Shown: piece by piece, positions 51,502-62,435 of the stretch | Layout of the letters: every line of letters starts with the position of its first letter | Position numbering within the stretch: the first letter of the stretch is position 1 | Origin: an uncultured Chlamydiae bacterium | GTDB taxonomy: Bacteria > Chlamydiota > Chlamydiia > Chlamydiales > Parachlamydiaceae | Length of the DNA stretch: 64,000 nucleotides | Direction: 5' to 3' | Assembly: GCA_963830365.1 (NCBI GenBank) | Contig: CAWHMU010000040.1 | Span: 34,154-98,153 of the forward strand | Made by a program: the position numbers and the translations under genes | Notes under the pieces: model-generated | Told to the model about the DNA's origin: nothing | What the model saw: the letters and a program-made list of their open reading frames with translations, nothing else | The model's database searches: none

Positions 51502-52448
51502 AGAAGACAAGAAAAGCAAGACCGGTTGAATAGCAGTAATCAAAAATTCGTGGAAAAAATTGACCCATCGAGCACTGGTGCTAAGTGCCCGTTTTGTAGC
51601 TTGGTCGGAAAGAATCGCGATAATATCATTGGGAAGCATAGCTATCCCGTTCGGAAGATCGCCTGGCATTATGTTCTTTCCTCCGCCTTTTTAATGATTA
51701 ATGCTCTTCGACTCCAAAAGCAGGGGAAATGATGAAAGATCCGCCAATAACGCCGGCATAAGTTTCGTAAGCATTCAACCTATTGTTACTCGGAAGCGCG
51801 TAGCTAAGGGCTTGCGAGCGCAAGCGAAGACAGCCACAGATACGGGTAAAGGTATAATTTCAGCTAACCCCGGAGGAGGCAATTGCATAAGTGACAATAA
51901 ATTGTTCTAAATTGAAGTTATTGTGAATTCTTGAAGTAAAGCTCGAGTTTTTGTGTAGTTTTGAGCGTTCTAGCATCGATTCATTTTGATCCCGGGTACG
52001 ATTGACTTCCAAAGAATCGCTGTATAACTCGTGAAATACTTTTGCAATTGTCTCGGAGGGGTTCATCTCTTTTTTCTATCGACACCAACGAGGCTAGTAT
52101 CAATCCTGAACCCAACCTTGTTGCTGATTTGCGGCGGGAGCCGCTCAAAGCATGTAGCCCCATGTGTAGGCGCTGCCTGCGCCGGAACGTGGGGTCATGG
52201 CAAGAAGAAATATGTAGCTGCGGCAGCTGCGGCAGAATGTTACGTCCATTCATGCACTGCTCCCTTTACGTTCTGGCGTTCGTGCGACCCGTCATCCCAC
52301 CCAATAATCAACTCGTCGCTATTCTTAAGAGTCAGGATGAGGCCTCAAGTTGGCCAGAAAAATACTTTCAAAACACAAATGGATAGAATGTCCTGACCTG
52401 GCACCAATTAGCAACTTGCAGACTTGCAGGCCTGACCCCTTGCATTCT

Positions 52449-52829
52449 TTATTTGATGGATGATCCACTTGATAGGTGCTCTTTGAACCAGGCTAAATTG
52501 CGTTCTGCGGCATCAATGAGCTGTTTGGGCTGCTTGATGCCATGGCCGCTATGCGGATAGAGCACAAGCGTGGCTATTTGCTTTTGGCGGTTCAGCGCGT
52601 GGTAAAGCTCATACGCCTGCGTAACCGGCACGCGTTCATCTGCCAGTCCATGCTGGATAAGGCAGGGCGTCGTCACCCGCTCAGCATAATAGATCGGCGA
52701 CCGCTCCCGGTAGCGATCCGCCGCTATTGAAAAATGTCCCATATAAGCCTCAAGCATACCGTGCATATCGCTTGTGCCCGACATGCTCGTCAAATTCGTC
52801 ACCGCCGCCCCAATGGAGGCGGCCTTGAC
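52449..52829 (-). pseudogene. C-terminal remnant of S9 (prolyl oligopeptidase/acylaminoacyl peptidase) gene
   Basis: KAASIGAAVTNL, SP, TP.LIQHG..DERVP..Q, YP.SGH; GxSxG and whole N-terminus missing, replaced by the CRISPR array. Confidence 0.85.
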
Positions 52830-52859
52830 AGGACATCCATAGCGATTCGCCATGTTGTA

Positions 52860-53559
<700 letters not shown>

Positions 53560-53757
53560 CGCATGCATTATAAGTAATTGAAGATCAATAAGCAAGATAC
53601 TTATTAGCGCGGAACGAAGGGGTTAAAATTTTTCGATAGTAAACTTTAATTTTAGAGAAAACATAACAAGCAGAACAACAATAACTTATTGATATCGCGG
53701 ATCTATAAGAGAAAATAGCGAGAGCTTAGGATTCGCGCTTTCTTAAGTGAGAGCTCA
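53560..53757 (-). promoter_or_regulatory. CRISPR leader
   Basis: AT-rich non-coding stretch between cas2 and the undegraded terminal repeat. Confidence 0.8.
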
Positions 53758-54048
53758 TCAAATGATGAGGAGCCCTTCTGGATCATAGGATGGATTGGCA
53801 CCGATATGCTCTATCTTAGGCTTCCAATTGCTTCCCAAAAAATAAAATCGAAGACTATCAACCTCAGAATCAATCTCGTCATTGAGCTTCTTTGAAAAAG
53901 TCACCCACAATGCAGGGTCAACAAGACATTCAAACACTGACTTTTGAACACGTTGACCATGACTTTCACAAATTTTAGCTATGCGCCTGAGCCTGCGCCT
54001 GCCGCTTGGACATTCGGTATTCACATCATAAGTGACTAATATTAACAT
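53758..54048 (-). CDS. cas2: Cas2
   Basis: LVTYDV, RRLRRIAK.C, RVQKSVFEC, DSLRFY.LG. Confidence 0.97.
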   Translation of the reverse strand: MLILVTYDVNTECPSGRRRLRRIAKICESHGQRVQKSVFECLVDPALWVTFSKKLNDEIDSEVDSLRFYFLGSNWKPKIEHIGANPSYDPEGLLII

Positions 54049-54066
54049 ATTCCTTGATCCGTCATT

Positions 54067-55098
54067 TTATTTGCATATAAAAGGGGGATATCCATCCAAA
54101 TCACCTCTTAAATATCGTGCAAACAGAGTAGCTTGGATGTGCGGAATTAAGCCAAATGAAATTTTTTCGCCGAGAAATGGATGGAATATCTCTTCTTGTT
54201 TTCTTTTTTGATACGCGCTCAAGACCTCTTTACGCGTAATATCATCCATTCTAATATCCCCTGAGTGTGATTTAATGAACCCATCTCCTTTGACTTGCAA
54301 TTTATTTATAAGTGTCAAGGCAAGTCGATCTGCAACAAATGATCTGCACTCCTCCATTAAATCCAAAGCTAGACTTGGTCGCCCTGGCCTATCTTTATGG
54401 AGATAGCCGACAGCGGGATCAAGTCCTACAGCCTCAAGTGCTGAGGTTACATCATGAGCCAGCAAGGTGTAAACAAAAGAGAGGAGAGCATTCATATTGT
54501 CTAATGGCGGCCGGCGGCTTCTTTCTTTGAAGAAAAAATCATTTTTCTGTGACAAAATCAAAAGGTCGAAAACAGAAAAATATGTTTTTGCAGCATCTCC
54601 TTCAATGCCACGCAAGCTATCCACTCCCTGCATTTTATCCAAGTTCTGAATGAGATAGGCCAAATGGGATGCAGCCTTTTTTAGCAAACCCGTGGACAAA
54701 TCGTCCTGTGATTCACGTGCCGCGCGCATCAGGACTGTACGAGAGTTTGCAATCTTCCCTAAAATGATGGAACGAGTGATATTCTCTGAATGTAAAGCGT
54801 CATCAGCTCTGCGATATTGCTCACGACGGAGCAAAACATTTCCTGAAACGGGACCTTGAACTTTTGCTAGAAAGCGGCCCCGATCGCTTAGAAACGAAAT
54901 CGAAACCTTTTTGAGAGCGCAAAGGTGCATAAGGGAGGGCGTGCACATCACATTCCCAAAACATACAATCCCTTCCAAGAGATGGATAGGGAACTGATGT
55001 TTCGTTTGTTTGTCGACTCGTATTAAAACAGTTTCCCCTTCTTTTGATAGGTATGTCTTCTTACTCGTTATATAGAGAGTATTTAAAAGTTTTTTCAT
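54067..55098 (-). CDS. cas1: Cas1, type I-C
   Basis: LLNTLYIT, SGNVLLRREQY, LRGIEG, N.LLSF.Y, G.LH.DRPGR.SLALDLMEE. Confidence 0.98.
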   Translation of the reverse strand: MKKLLNTLYITSKKTYLSKEGETVLIRVDKQTKHQFPIHLLEGIVCFGNVMCTPSLMHLCALKKVSISFLSDRGRFLAKVQGPVSGNVLLRREQYRRADDALHSENITRSIILGKIANSRTVLMRAARESQDDLSTGLLKKAASHLAYLIQNLDKMQGVDSLRGIEGDAAKTYFSVFDLLILSQKNDFFFKERSRRPPLDNMNALLSFVYTLLAHDVTSALEAVGLDPAVGYLHKDRPGRPSLALDLMEECRSFVADRLALTLINKLQVKGDGFIKSHSGDIRMDDITRKEVLSAYQKRKQEEIFHPFLGEKISFGLIPHIQATLFARYLRGDLDGYPPFICK

Positions 55099-55772
55099 GT
55101 TTTATCATCCGTCTCCATAGCCCATCTCACTATATTATCCACATAGCTTTTAAAGTTCTTCGAGCCATTTGTACAGGCAGGCATGCACCAGTTGATAAGA
55201 GAACAGCTTTCGCATTTCTTTTCATATTTTGCGGGAGGAGTTTTCTTAGCATTATTTACCTGATGAAGTCTCTGAATAAGTTTGATCGTCTCAGTCCTCA
55301 ATGAATTATCGAATTCGATCTCAAAACGCCTTTTAGTCTCCCCATAAAAGAAAGCTCCTCTAGGAACACTCACTTTTAACATTTCTTCGAGGCACAACGC
55401 TTGCGCGCATAGCTGAACTGAATCCGTAAGATCTTTCTTTGGTTTCCCTCTCTTATATTCAATTGGATAGGGCTGCGGTATTCCCCCATTTCGGCAGTCG
55501 TGAAATTCGACCACGTCTGCCACCCCAGTAAGACCAAATTTTAATGATCTGAGACGAAGGCTGCGCACAATTTTAATTTTCCCTCTGGATTCGCTTTCAG
55601 GGGTGTCCACTTTTTCATGCAGCTGCTGACCTTCTGCTGTCAACCGGTTTTCTTCCCAAATTTGTTCCAGATGAATAAGTGCCCACTGCCTTTCGCAAAA
55701 CATGAGGTGCTGCAAGGCTGATATTGGAAGCAGATCTTCCTCATCATAAATCTTCGAATGGCATGAAGACAA
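55095..55772 (-). CDS. cas4: Cas4
   Basis: FCERQW, G.ADVVE, EYKRG, QLCAQ, C.SCSL...C; TTG start with AGGAG RBS. Confidence 0.97.
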   Translation of the reverse strand: MSSCHSKIYDEEDLLPISALQHLMFCERQWALIHLEQIWEENRLTAEGQQLHEKVDTPESESRGKIKIVRSLRLRSLKFGLTGVADVVEFHDCRNGGIPQPYPIEYKRGKPKKDLTDSVQLCAQALCLEEMLKVSVPRGAFFYGETKRRFEIEFDNSLRTETIKLIQRLHQVNNAKKTPPAKYEKKCESCSLINWCMPACTNGSKNFKSYVDNIVRWAMETDDKT

Positions 55773-55882
55773 AGTAATATCTCCTACAAATTTCTAGACA
55801 ATGGTGGTATCAAATCACCATTGCCGTCTTTTAGGTTATCTACTAGGGATGAACGTTAAAAATAATTCGGCCAGCCCCCATT

Positions 55883-56026
55883 CTACGTCTGCTCAAGCAG
55901 CTCTTCGATACATTTTTCAATGATCTCCGTCATCGACTGCCTATTGCGCAATGCATAGATCTTAAACTCATGATGTAGCTCTTCCGGCAGCCTGATGACT
56001 AGCTGGGTTATCTTCTCTTCTTTCAT
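55883..56026 (-). CDS. Small ribbon-helix-helix (Arc/ParG/CopG-like) DNA-binding protein, 47 aa, below ORF-track cutoff
   Basis: MKEEKITQLVIRLPEELHHEFKIYALRNRQSMTEIIEKCIEELLEQT; AGGA RBS upstream; co-oriented between cas7 and cas4. Confidence 0.8.
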   Translation of the reverse strand: MKEEKITQLVIRLPEELHHEFKIYALRNRQSMTEIIEKCIEELLEQT

Positions 56027-56075
56027 TAGTTTTTCCTATATCTGTCTAGGTGGTTTTTCAGTCACGGTTGGACAG

Positions 56076-56942
56076 TCAAAAACCATCGATGATTTCAGGT
56101 TTCAATCCATCAAGCTCACAGATTTGGTATGCAAACGGTTCATCATTCTGAATTTTGAGTGACGCATGAACTTTAGCAGAAGAGTATTGTCCACTGGAGC
56201 TGTTATGATGCCACCAAATCACTTTAAGTACACACATACTGCCTTCAGGCCGTGCAGAAGAGGCATCATTTTCAAAAAGCTTGGGAAGGATAATTTTTAT
56301 TGTCTCTGCATCTTCTTCACTAAATCCTGTTTTGTCAGCGAGTTGAGGATTCATGCTACCAAAAAAAACATATATGCCATGGTCCACACGATGTTTCATG
56401 CCCATTGTATCAGATCCTTTCTTCTTGCCATCACCTTCGCCGTTGACGCTTTTAGTAATTTGTGTGCTGGTAATGCTAACAGGAGCTGTGCTGAATGCGG
56501 GATGAATAGATATTGGGCCGCGGATTCCGATAGAGACGGCATCATCACTTGCGGAAGCATCTTCTTCTTGTCCCTTTTTTTTATCTTTTTTTATTTTTTT
56601 ATCTTTGAAAGCAAAGAGTTGACCAAAGGCACGAACATCAAACCATTTCTCACAAGCAAGCTTAATAGTTTCATTGGATGATTTGCCTAAAAGCTTTGCT
56701 TCATCAGCTCGTTCTCGGAGGCTCATGCAAGAATCTGTTTTGCGATCGTCAGATTGAACAAAAATGGGCATGCCGATTTCCTGGAGTCGATCGCGGATTT
56801 TGCGCTTGATGCATACATCGGAAAGTTCGCCAATGCCTTCATATGTGGTACGTGGACGATTGCCATTAAGTGGATCGCCATTGGGATTGGCATTTTTTAC
56901 CTTGAAAATAACAGCAAAGTCGATTTTTGATTTAAGACTCAT
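56076..56942 (-). CDS. cas7: Cas7c (Csd2)
   Basis: NANPNGDP..GNRPR, SDVCIKRKIR, FDVRAFG, IRGP, TMG.K. Confidence 0.96.
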   Translation of the reverse strand: MSLKSKIDFAVIFKVKNANPNGDPLNGNRPRTTYEGIGELSDVCIKRKIRDRLQEIGMPIFVQSDDRKTDSCMSLRERADEAKLLGKSSNETIKLACEKWFDVRAFGQLFAFKDKKIKKDKKKGQEEDASASDDAVSIGIRGPISIHPAFSTAPVSITSTQITKSVNGEGDGKKKGSDTMGMKHRVDHGIYVFFGSMNPQLADKTGFSEEDAETIKIILPKLFENDASSARPEGSMCVLKVIWWHHNSSSGQYSSAKVHASLKIQNDEPFAYQICELDGLKPEIIDGF

Positions 56943-56966
56943 AAAAAGTTCTCCTAAATATTAGTT

Positions 56967-58916
56967 TTATACGTCGATTTCTTCTTCAATAGATTCTTCG
57001 ACATTTATTTTATCTGTCTTATCTTTCATAGCCTTGCGTTGACAGTGATAGCCGAGCAAAAACTCGCCGGAGAGTTTGGTGGGTGAGGTAAACTCATCAA
57101 CCTTGAATGCAGCCATCACAGCATCCATTTCAGACTTTATATTATGCAAAAAACCAGCGCGCTGATTACGAAGGCGCATCTCATAAGGTTTGAGAGCCTT
57201 TGCTATAATCAGCCATGTTGCATAGGGGTTGTCAGAAAACCGCTGCATAAGCCTTTCAGCATTAGTCGCACGCTTTTCATTTGTAAGGTATAATGCGACT
57301 TCTTCCAGTCGTTCGGCAAGGGCGAGAAGTCTTCCATAAAGGTAATCCCGCGAGCTGCGATCGGTTTCAAGAGCCATTTGATAGTTCCTTTCATTTTTTG
57401 TGTGTTTACAATACAAAGCACAAGCAATTCCTAAGGTCTTTTCCCAGTCCCAAGTTTCGATACCATTTCTGCTGCCGGCGCGGCGAACGCAGCATTCGAC
57501 AAGATGGCGTGGCAACGGGGCTGCATCGATAATGCAAGGAAGCAATTGACGGATGGTTGCACTGCGAAGTTTATCATCCACGCGCCTTCCGTAAGCTGCC
57601 TCAGCAATATCGCGCGGTGAAGGTGCGCCGATAAAATGGACATCTTTACTATAGTTCTGAAACCAGCAACATTGTTCATGCCACGCTTCTATTCGTGCGA
57701 GAAATTCGGACGAGGTTAGTTCGCGGTAGTAGATGATAGACATACGTCCAGTCGTGGCCGAATCAAGGGCAAGGACGATGATATCCGCTACCGGGCCAAG
57801 CTCTGTTTTATAACCACCAATTTTGCGTTTAAGGCGAAGAGCGAAGTCTTGAGCAGCATTGCCATTTGAGAATGGAGAAGCCAAAGTTCTTTCCGGAAAT
57901 GTCTCCGAAGGTTCCGCTTCGGTGCGCAAAATGTCGAGCGAATTAGCAAATGGATCAGGGACTGATTTGTTGGCAACAGACCATGCTACAATGGCTTGCA
58001 ATCCATTGCAATAGCCTTGCCGGCTGATAAGCCAACGAAGAATATTATGAGCCTTATGCGAAATTTCCAAGCCAACGCCACAGGCCTGAGAACCTGTAGA
58101 ATCGCTAAAGCGACCACGAAATGTAAATCCATTGCCATCATTAGCGGATATAAGTTTCGCCTTATCAGCGGAATTGCGAAGCTTTGCCGGATGCTGCTTA
58201 GCAAGTGGAATGAATTCACCCGTAACATAACACAGTTCTGAAGAAGTTTTGGAACTGGCATAGTAATCAATCCAGCTTTGCCAAACACTCCTATCGCACC
58301 AGAGCAATGATTGTGGGTCATCCGGAATTTCGACAATCCAGCGGACAAAGGCTTCTTCCGGTAATGCCTTAGCCGGCATGACCCCATAAATTTCAGGAGT
58401 TTTGACAGACAAATCTTCCCACTTTTTGAGTAGACAGCCTGTTGCCACGTCTTTTGGTAAAACGCCTGCTTCAAATAAGTCTGCAACTGTTGATGACTTT
58501 TTAACATAGGTGTAAACCGCTTTGATCTTAGGATGTCGATCGCACCACTTAGCAAGAAGTTCTATATAGATCCTGTGCGGTTCGTCCTGATCTTTAGAGA
58601 ATCCGGAAGTAACTTGTCCTCCAAATTTAACAAAATCACCTGCAACATACTGAAGCTTATCGCAGAGGGGATGACAGGTTGGTTTTGCGCCTGCACGCCC
58701 TCCCGACTCCTCAGTGCATGGGATATCTGTAACAGCTTCCGATTTAGGGATAACACGTGCACGTTGGAACGAACCTGATCCATCGATGACGATTTCTATC
58801 TGGGCATTTTGTGTCGTATGATAGATGGGAAGAAGCTTGGCGGAAGTTCCATTGGCTTTTCCAATATGATCTGTACAATTGTCGTAAGTTTTGTAGAGTT
58901 TTTCCAGCCAGCTCAT
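56967..58916 (-). CDS. cas8c: Cas8c (Csd1)
   Basis: MSWLEKLY.TYD, HPLCDKLQY, AKLISAND, KAHN.LRWL, YLYGRLLA, FLLGY..Q. Confidence 0.95.
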   Translation of the reverse strand: MSWLEKLYKTYDNCTDHIGKANGTSAKLLPIYHTTQNAQIEIVIDGSGSFQRARVIPKSEAVTDIPCTEESGGRAGAKPTCHPLCDKLQYVAGDFVKFGGQVTSGFSKDQDEPHRIYIELLAKWCDRHPKIKAVYTYVKKSSTVADLFEAGVLPKDVATGCLLKKWEDLSVKTPEIYGVMPAKALPEEAFVRWIVEIPDDPQSLLWCDRSVWQSWIDYYASSKTSSELCYVTGEFIPLAKQHPAKLRNSADKAKLISANDGNGFTFRGRFSDSTGSQACGVGLEISHKAHNILRWLISRQGYCNGLQAIVAWSVANKSVPDPFANSLDILRTEAEPSETFPERTLASPFSNGNAAQDFALRLKRKIGGYKTELGPVADIIVLALDSATTGRMSIIYYRELTSSEFLARIEAWHEQCCWFQNYSKDVHFIGAPSPRDIAEAAYGRRVDDKLRSATIRQLLPCIIDAAPLPRHLVECCVRRAGSRNGIETWDWEKTLGIACALYCKHTKNERNYQMALETDRSSRDYLYGRLLALAERLEEVALYLTNEKRATNAERLMQRFSDNPYATWLIIAKALKPYEMRLRNQRAGFLHNIKSEMDAVMAAFKVDEFTSPTKLSGEFLLGYHCQRKAMKDKTDKINVEESIEEEIDV

Positions 58917-59605
58917 TCAAACAATCCTTCTTCTATTAGCCCAACAGATTTGGGTGGGTTTGATTTCATCTCACGGACATACTTGCGGATAGTGCAATCT
59001 TCAGGACGGTTGAATTCGATCACGCCATTTTTCATGGTTGGCCTCCAGAAGCGACTGAATAGTTTCTGCTCACCGGTAGTATCCGGATAATCAAATCCAT
59101 GAAACATAAGACCGAAGGAAATTTCGCCGGCAGCATCATAGTATCCCTCATCCTCGTGAAATGGACAGGGTTCTACATAACTTTGGCATTCCCGTGCTCC
59201 GAGAAAGATATCTCGCCGGCCGCCTTTCTCAATCATGCGCATAGCAACATTGAAATGCTTACCGTCGATGCGGTCATGTATCATGTCATCTCGATGGAGA
59301 TTCCATTCGAAGTGAGCAAGTACTTGATAATCGACATCAGCTAGGTATGTGTATGTGGCTAGAGTATTGCCACCACTGAATTCGAGAGGTTTAATATTTT
59401 TAGCTTCAGTACGAATGGGGTTAATAATGCGTACTTTGTCGATGACCCACGTAAAAGTGGGTTTCCAATAGATTGAACAAGCAACGCCTTTTAGTGCCTC
59501 GTAAGTGGGGATATGGTAGGAACACTTCTCTCCGCCTATCCTCGTCAGAGGGTCTGTAAAGAGTGCATAGCGTCCACGGACTTTAAAAGAGATTGTGTTA
59601 TTCAT
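58913..59605 (-). CDS. cas5: Cas5c (Cas5d) crRNA-processing subunit
   Basis: G.YALFTDP, SY.IPT, IYWKP, YL.DV.Y, IFLG.REC. Confidence 0.96.
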   Translation of the reverse strand: MNNTISFKVRGRYALFTDPLTRIGGEKCSYHIPTYEALKGVACSIYWKPTFTWVIDKVRIINPIRTEAKNIKPLEFSGGNTLATYTYLADVDYQVLAHFEWNLHRDDMIHDRIDGKHFNVAMRMIEKGGRRDIFLGARECQSYVEPCPFHEDEGYYDAAGEISFGLMFHGFDYPDTTGEQKLFSRFWRPTMKNGVIEFNRPEDCTIRKYVREMKSNPPKSVGLIEEGLFE

Positions 59606-59620
59606 TTAAAAAGCCTTTAT

Positions 59621-61642
59621 TCATACATTGAGAAATGTCATGTTCATTGTTTCTTCAAGAGAGATGCCAAAGGCATCGTTATAATGCCGTTCATCAAGGT
59701 AGTAAATACCTGACTCTTTTTGAACTTCGTAGATACAGCCATCTTTGTGAAGTTTGGCCAGCAAATGTGGGAAGACATTTACAGAATACTGCTGAGCACG
59801 CCGTAGCAATCCTATTTGCTTTTCCAGAGGGCAGTCGGGGCTGAGCGCAGCAAGTTCGGCAATAATCTGCTTACTAACTCCGTTATAAGGCACGATGATG
59901 CCATGTGTAGGGGCATCAATGACACGAAACTCCTTAGCAGCTGTTGCGAATGCCTGACGGAGAGGAATTGGAGGACTAGCATTCTTTGTCCGTTGATAGT
60001 TTGAGACTAAGGCCGTGTTCTTGGAAAGAAGATCTAACAGGTCTGTATCGCATCCAATTTCAGGACGATCTTTAACAAAAATAGGATAAACCATTTCTTC
60101 CGAACGCTTGAAAAAATAATACTTATAGAACTGGCGTATTGCTTTCGGGCTAAGTAGATCGTTGTCCATTGAGTCGGGGTCGTTTCGGTATTCGTCGAGG
60201 ACTCGTTTGGTTACTTCTTGACCTTTCTGAATATCGGTAAGCCTGTTGATGTTTTCTTCGGCAGGATTAACAACAAACACAGGAGCTAGACCCCTGGTTT
60301 GTCGTCCATTACGATTGCAACGCCCAGCAGCTTGTGCAATGGAATCAAGGCCAGCAAGATAGCGGATAACTGAACCAAAATTTATATCGACTCCAGCCTC
60401 AATAAGTTGGGTGCTGATGCAGATAATAGGTTGTTTAGAATCAAGACAATTGCGAATAGTGGCAAGTATCGCCTTGCGATGTGCCGGACACATATTGGTG
60501 CTGAGATGATAGATCTTTGCGTTTGGAGTGCAGCTAAGTTTTTTATAAAGAGCAAGAGCCGAAGCTTTGGTATTCACAATTATAAGAACGCTGCCATTCG
60601 CGTTCATTTGGCATAATGAAAGATCGGCAACTTCTTGAACAGTCCACCCCCCTGCCTTACAGAGATCATTGATCTGGGTGCGGCGAAGGTCAGCGAAAAG
60701 CTGGCGATCATTTGATATGATTTTGCTGTTGGAATTCAGATGGATAGTACCACGACCAGCATCCACCTCATTGAGTAGAGGTTGAGTAGCCGTACAAAGG
60801 ACTACTGATGAGCCACAAGTCTGGATCAGAAAGTTAATGGCATTATTAAATAGATGAACTGTTTTAATGGGCAGTGTCTGGATTTCATCAAAGATAATGA
60901 TTGCATTAGCCAATTGATGCATGCGACGGACATCATTTGTTGAACCAGCAAATAGTGAGTTGAGAAACTGGACAGAAGTAGTGAAGACAACGGGCGCATC
61001 CCAGTTCTCCGAAAGGACACGATTTCTCCAGGTATCCTTATCTGAAACTAGATTTGAGTGATGTTCAAGAACATTGTCATTACCAATTATATTTCGAACA
61101 CTTTCAGCATTCTGTTCAATAATAGAGGTATAGGGAATGACATAGATTATGCGTTCAAAGCCAGAATTGGAACTAGTTGAGGAATGATGTTGAGCATGAT
61201 GGAGCGCGAAACGAAGGCTGGCTAAGGTCTTTCCACCACCTGTCGGAACCGCCAACGTAAAGACTCCTCTAGGTCGTATTGAGGCTTCAAGGCAAAGTTT
61301 TGAAATGGCACTTCTAAGCCCATCCACGTGATTTCGAGTTTCAAATTTGAGCAAGTGTTTTTCAAGTGAATGGATAAGAGGCTGCCAGTCAGTAAAAATA
61401 TTGGTGTTTCGGAAAATAGTTGATTGGGGATTATCAAAATTTGCAGCACTAAGACGATCTGCATCAATGAGGCAACTAAAGAGAAAACGCGTGAGGAGGC
61501 CGTAATGAAAGTAACGAAGACACTCGTTCTCTTGATGTGTAGCTATTTTGTATAGGAGAGGTGTGAGTTCGTTCGAAATCATGGTTGAAGAAAGAATATC
61601 TTGCATTTCTTCAATGATCTCGCCATCACCTTTTACTATAAC
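59621..61642 (-). pseudogene. cas3: Cas3 helicase-nuclease interrupted in the HD domain by IS66 (5' part outside window)
   Basis: SCLIDADR (end of HD domain), PTGGGKT, DEIQ, TAT, STQLIEAGVD, QAAGRCNR; homology stops at the IS66 left end, 61643. Confidence 0.93.
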
Positions 61643-61721
61643 GTAAGCGTCAATTTTAGCCATCTTTTTACAATTCAACCAAACTGGTAATCTTCCCTTA
61701 GATTTCATTTTAAGGAGAGAT

Positions 61722-62045
61722 ATGACCAAAGGAAAACCGAATCCCAACTGGAAAAAATTAGTCCACGAATGGAGAGACAGCGGAAAAAGCGCGTGCGTTT
61801 GGTGCCAAGAACAACAAATTCCCATGAACACTCTGTCCGGCTGGAAAAAGCGTCTTAAACGATTGGAAGGCGATAGCGATGGCAAAGGATTCCAAAAGCC
61901 TTTTGTTGAGTTGAAGAATTTACGCCCCCTTGTAGATTCTGGAGTTCTCCTAGAGATTGATGGAGTGAGTATTCGCTTGCAAGTTGATTTTGATGAGACG
62001 GTTTTTAGACAATGTTTGGATTGCTTGAGAGGAGGTAGATCATGA
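61722..62045 (+). CDS. tnpA: IS66 accessory protein TnpA
   Basis: W.....W..SG.S...WC......TL..WKKR HTH; ATGA overlap with tnpB. Confidence 0.88.
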   Translation: MTKGKPNPNWKKLVHEWRDSGKSACVWCQEQQIPMNTLSGWKKRLKRLEGDSDGKGFQKPFVELKNLRPLVDSGVLLEIDGVSIRLQVDFDETVFRQCLDCLRGGRS

Positions 62046-62374
62046 TAGCCCTCTCAGGTAGCGCCCGTATCTTCTTTTTCAAACAGCCGATCGATATGAG
62101 AAAAGGCATAGAAAAATTGTCTCAGCTTGTCGAATCCTGCTGCTCCGGAGAGTTGATGAGCGGTGCTTATTTTGTTTTCGTCAATCAGACGAAGGATAGG
62201 ATGAAGGTCTTGTACTGGGATAACGATGGGTTCGCTATTTGGTGGAAACGCCTTGAAAAAGGAAGCTTCCATCTTCTTGGAATCGATAGATTTCTCATCG
62301 ATCGCAAGGAATTTTTCATGCTCTTGGAAGGGATCACTCCAAAGAAAATCCAAAGCCGTTTTAGCGTGCGCTAA
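62042..62374 (+). CDS. tnpB: IS66 accessory protein TnpB
   Basis: DMRKG, FVF.N...R.K.LYWD.DG...W.KRLE.G.F. Confidence 0.94.
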   Translation: MIALSGSARIFFFKQPIDMRKGIEKLSQLVESCCSGELMSGAYFVFVNQTKDRMKVLYWDNDGFAIWWKRLEKGSFHLLGIDRFLIDRKEFFMLLEGITPKKIQSRFSVR

Positions 62375-62435
62375 AACAGCGTTTTCCTGATTTTTTTTCT
62401 TGGAAACTTTTCTGTTTTTTGGTATATTTTTGCAT

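Larger units (their letters stand above)
49934..51549 (+). mobile_element. IS110-family element (ends tentative)
   Basis: IS110 recombinase; AAAAATTC present at both 49934-49941 and 51542-51549 as candidate crossover core; no TIR seen. Confidence 0.65.

Noticed and set aside
52031..52396. Cys-rich ORFs suggesting a Zn-finger protein
   Set aside because: Overlapping frames over GC-rich REP-like fragments, non-ATG starts, no coherent motif.
55860..55885. Degenerate CRISPR repeat (CreA/CreR-like mini-array) between cas7 and cas4
   Set aside because: Only a GGGGGC-TGG resemblance; no second repeat or repeat hairpin.
61643..61885. N-terminal extension of the 754-aa Cas3 ORF in the track
   Set aside because: Read-through into the antisense strand of IS66; not Cas3 sequence.
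62042..62374. TnpB as an RNA-guided nuclease
   Set aside because: This is the 110-aa IS66 accessory TnpB, unrelated to IS200/605 TnpB; no RuvC motifs.
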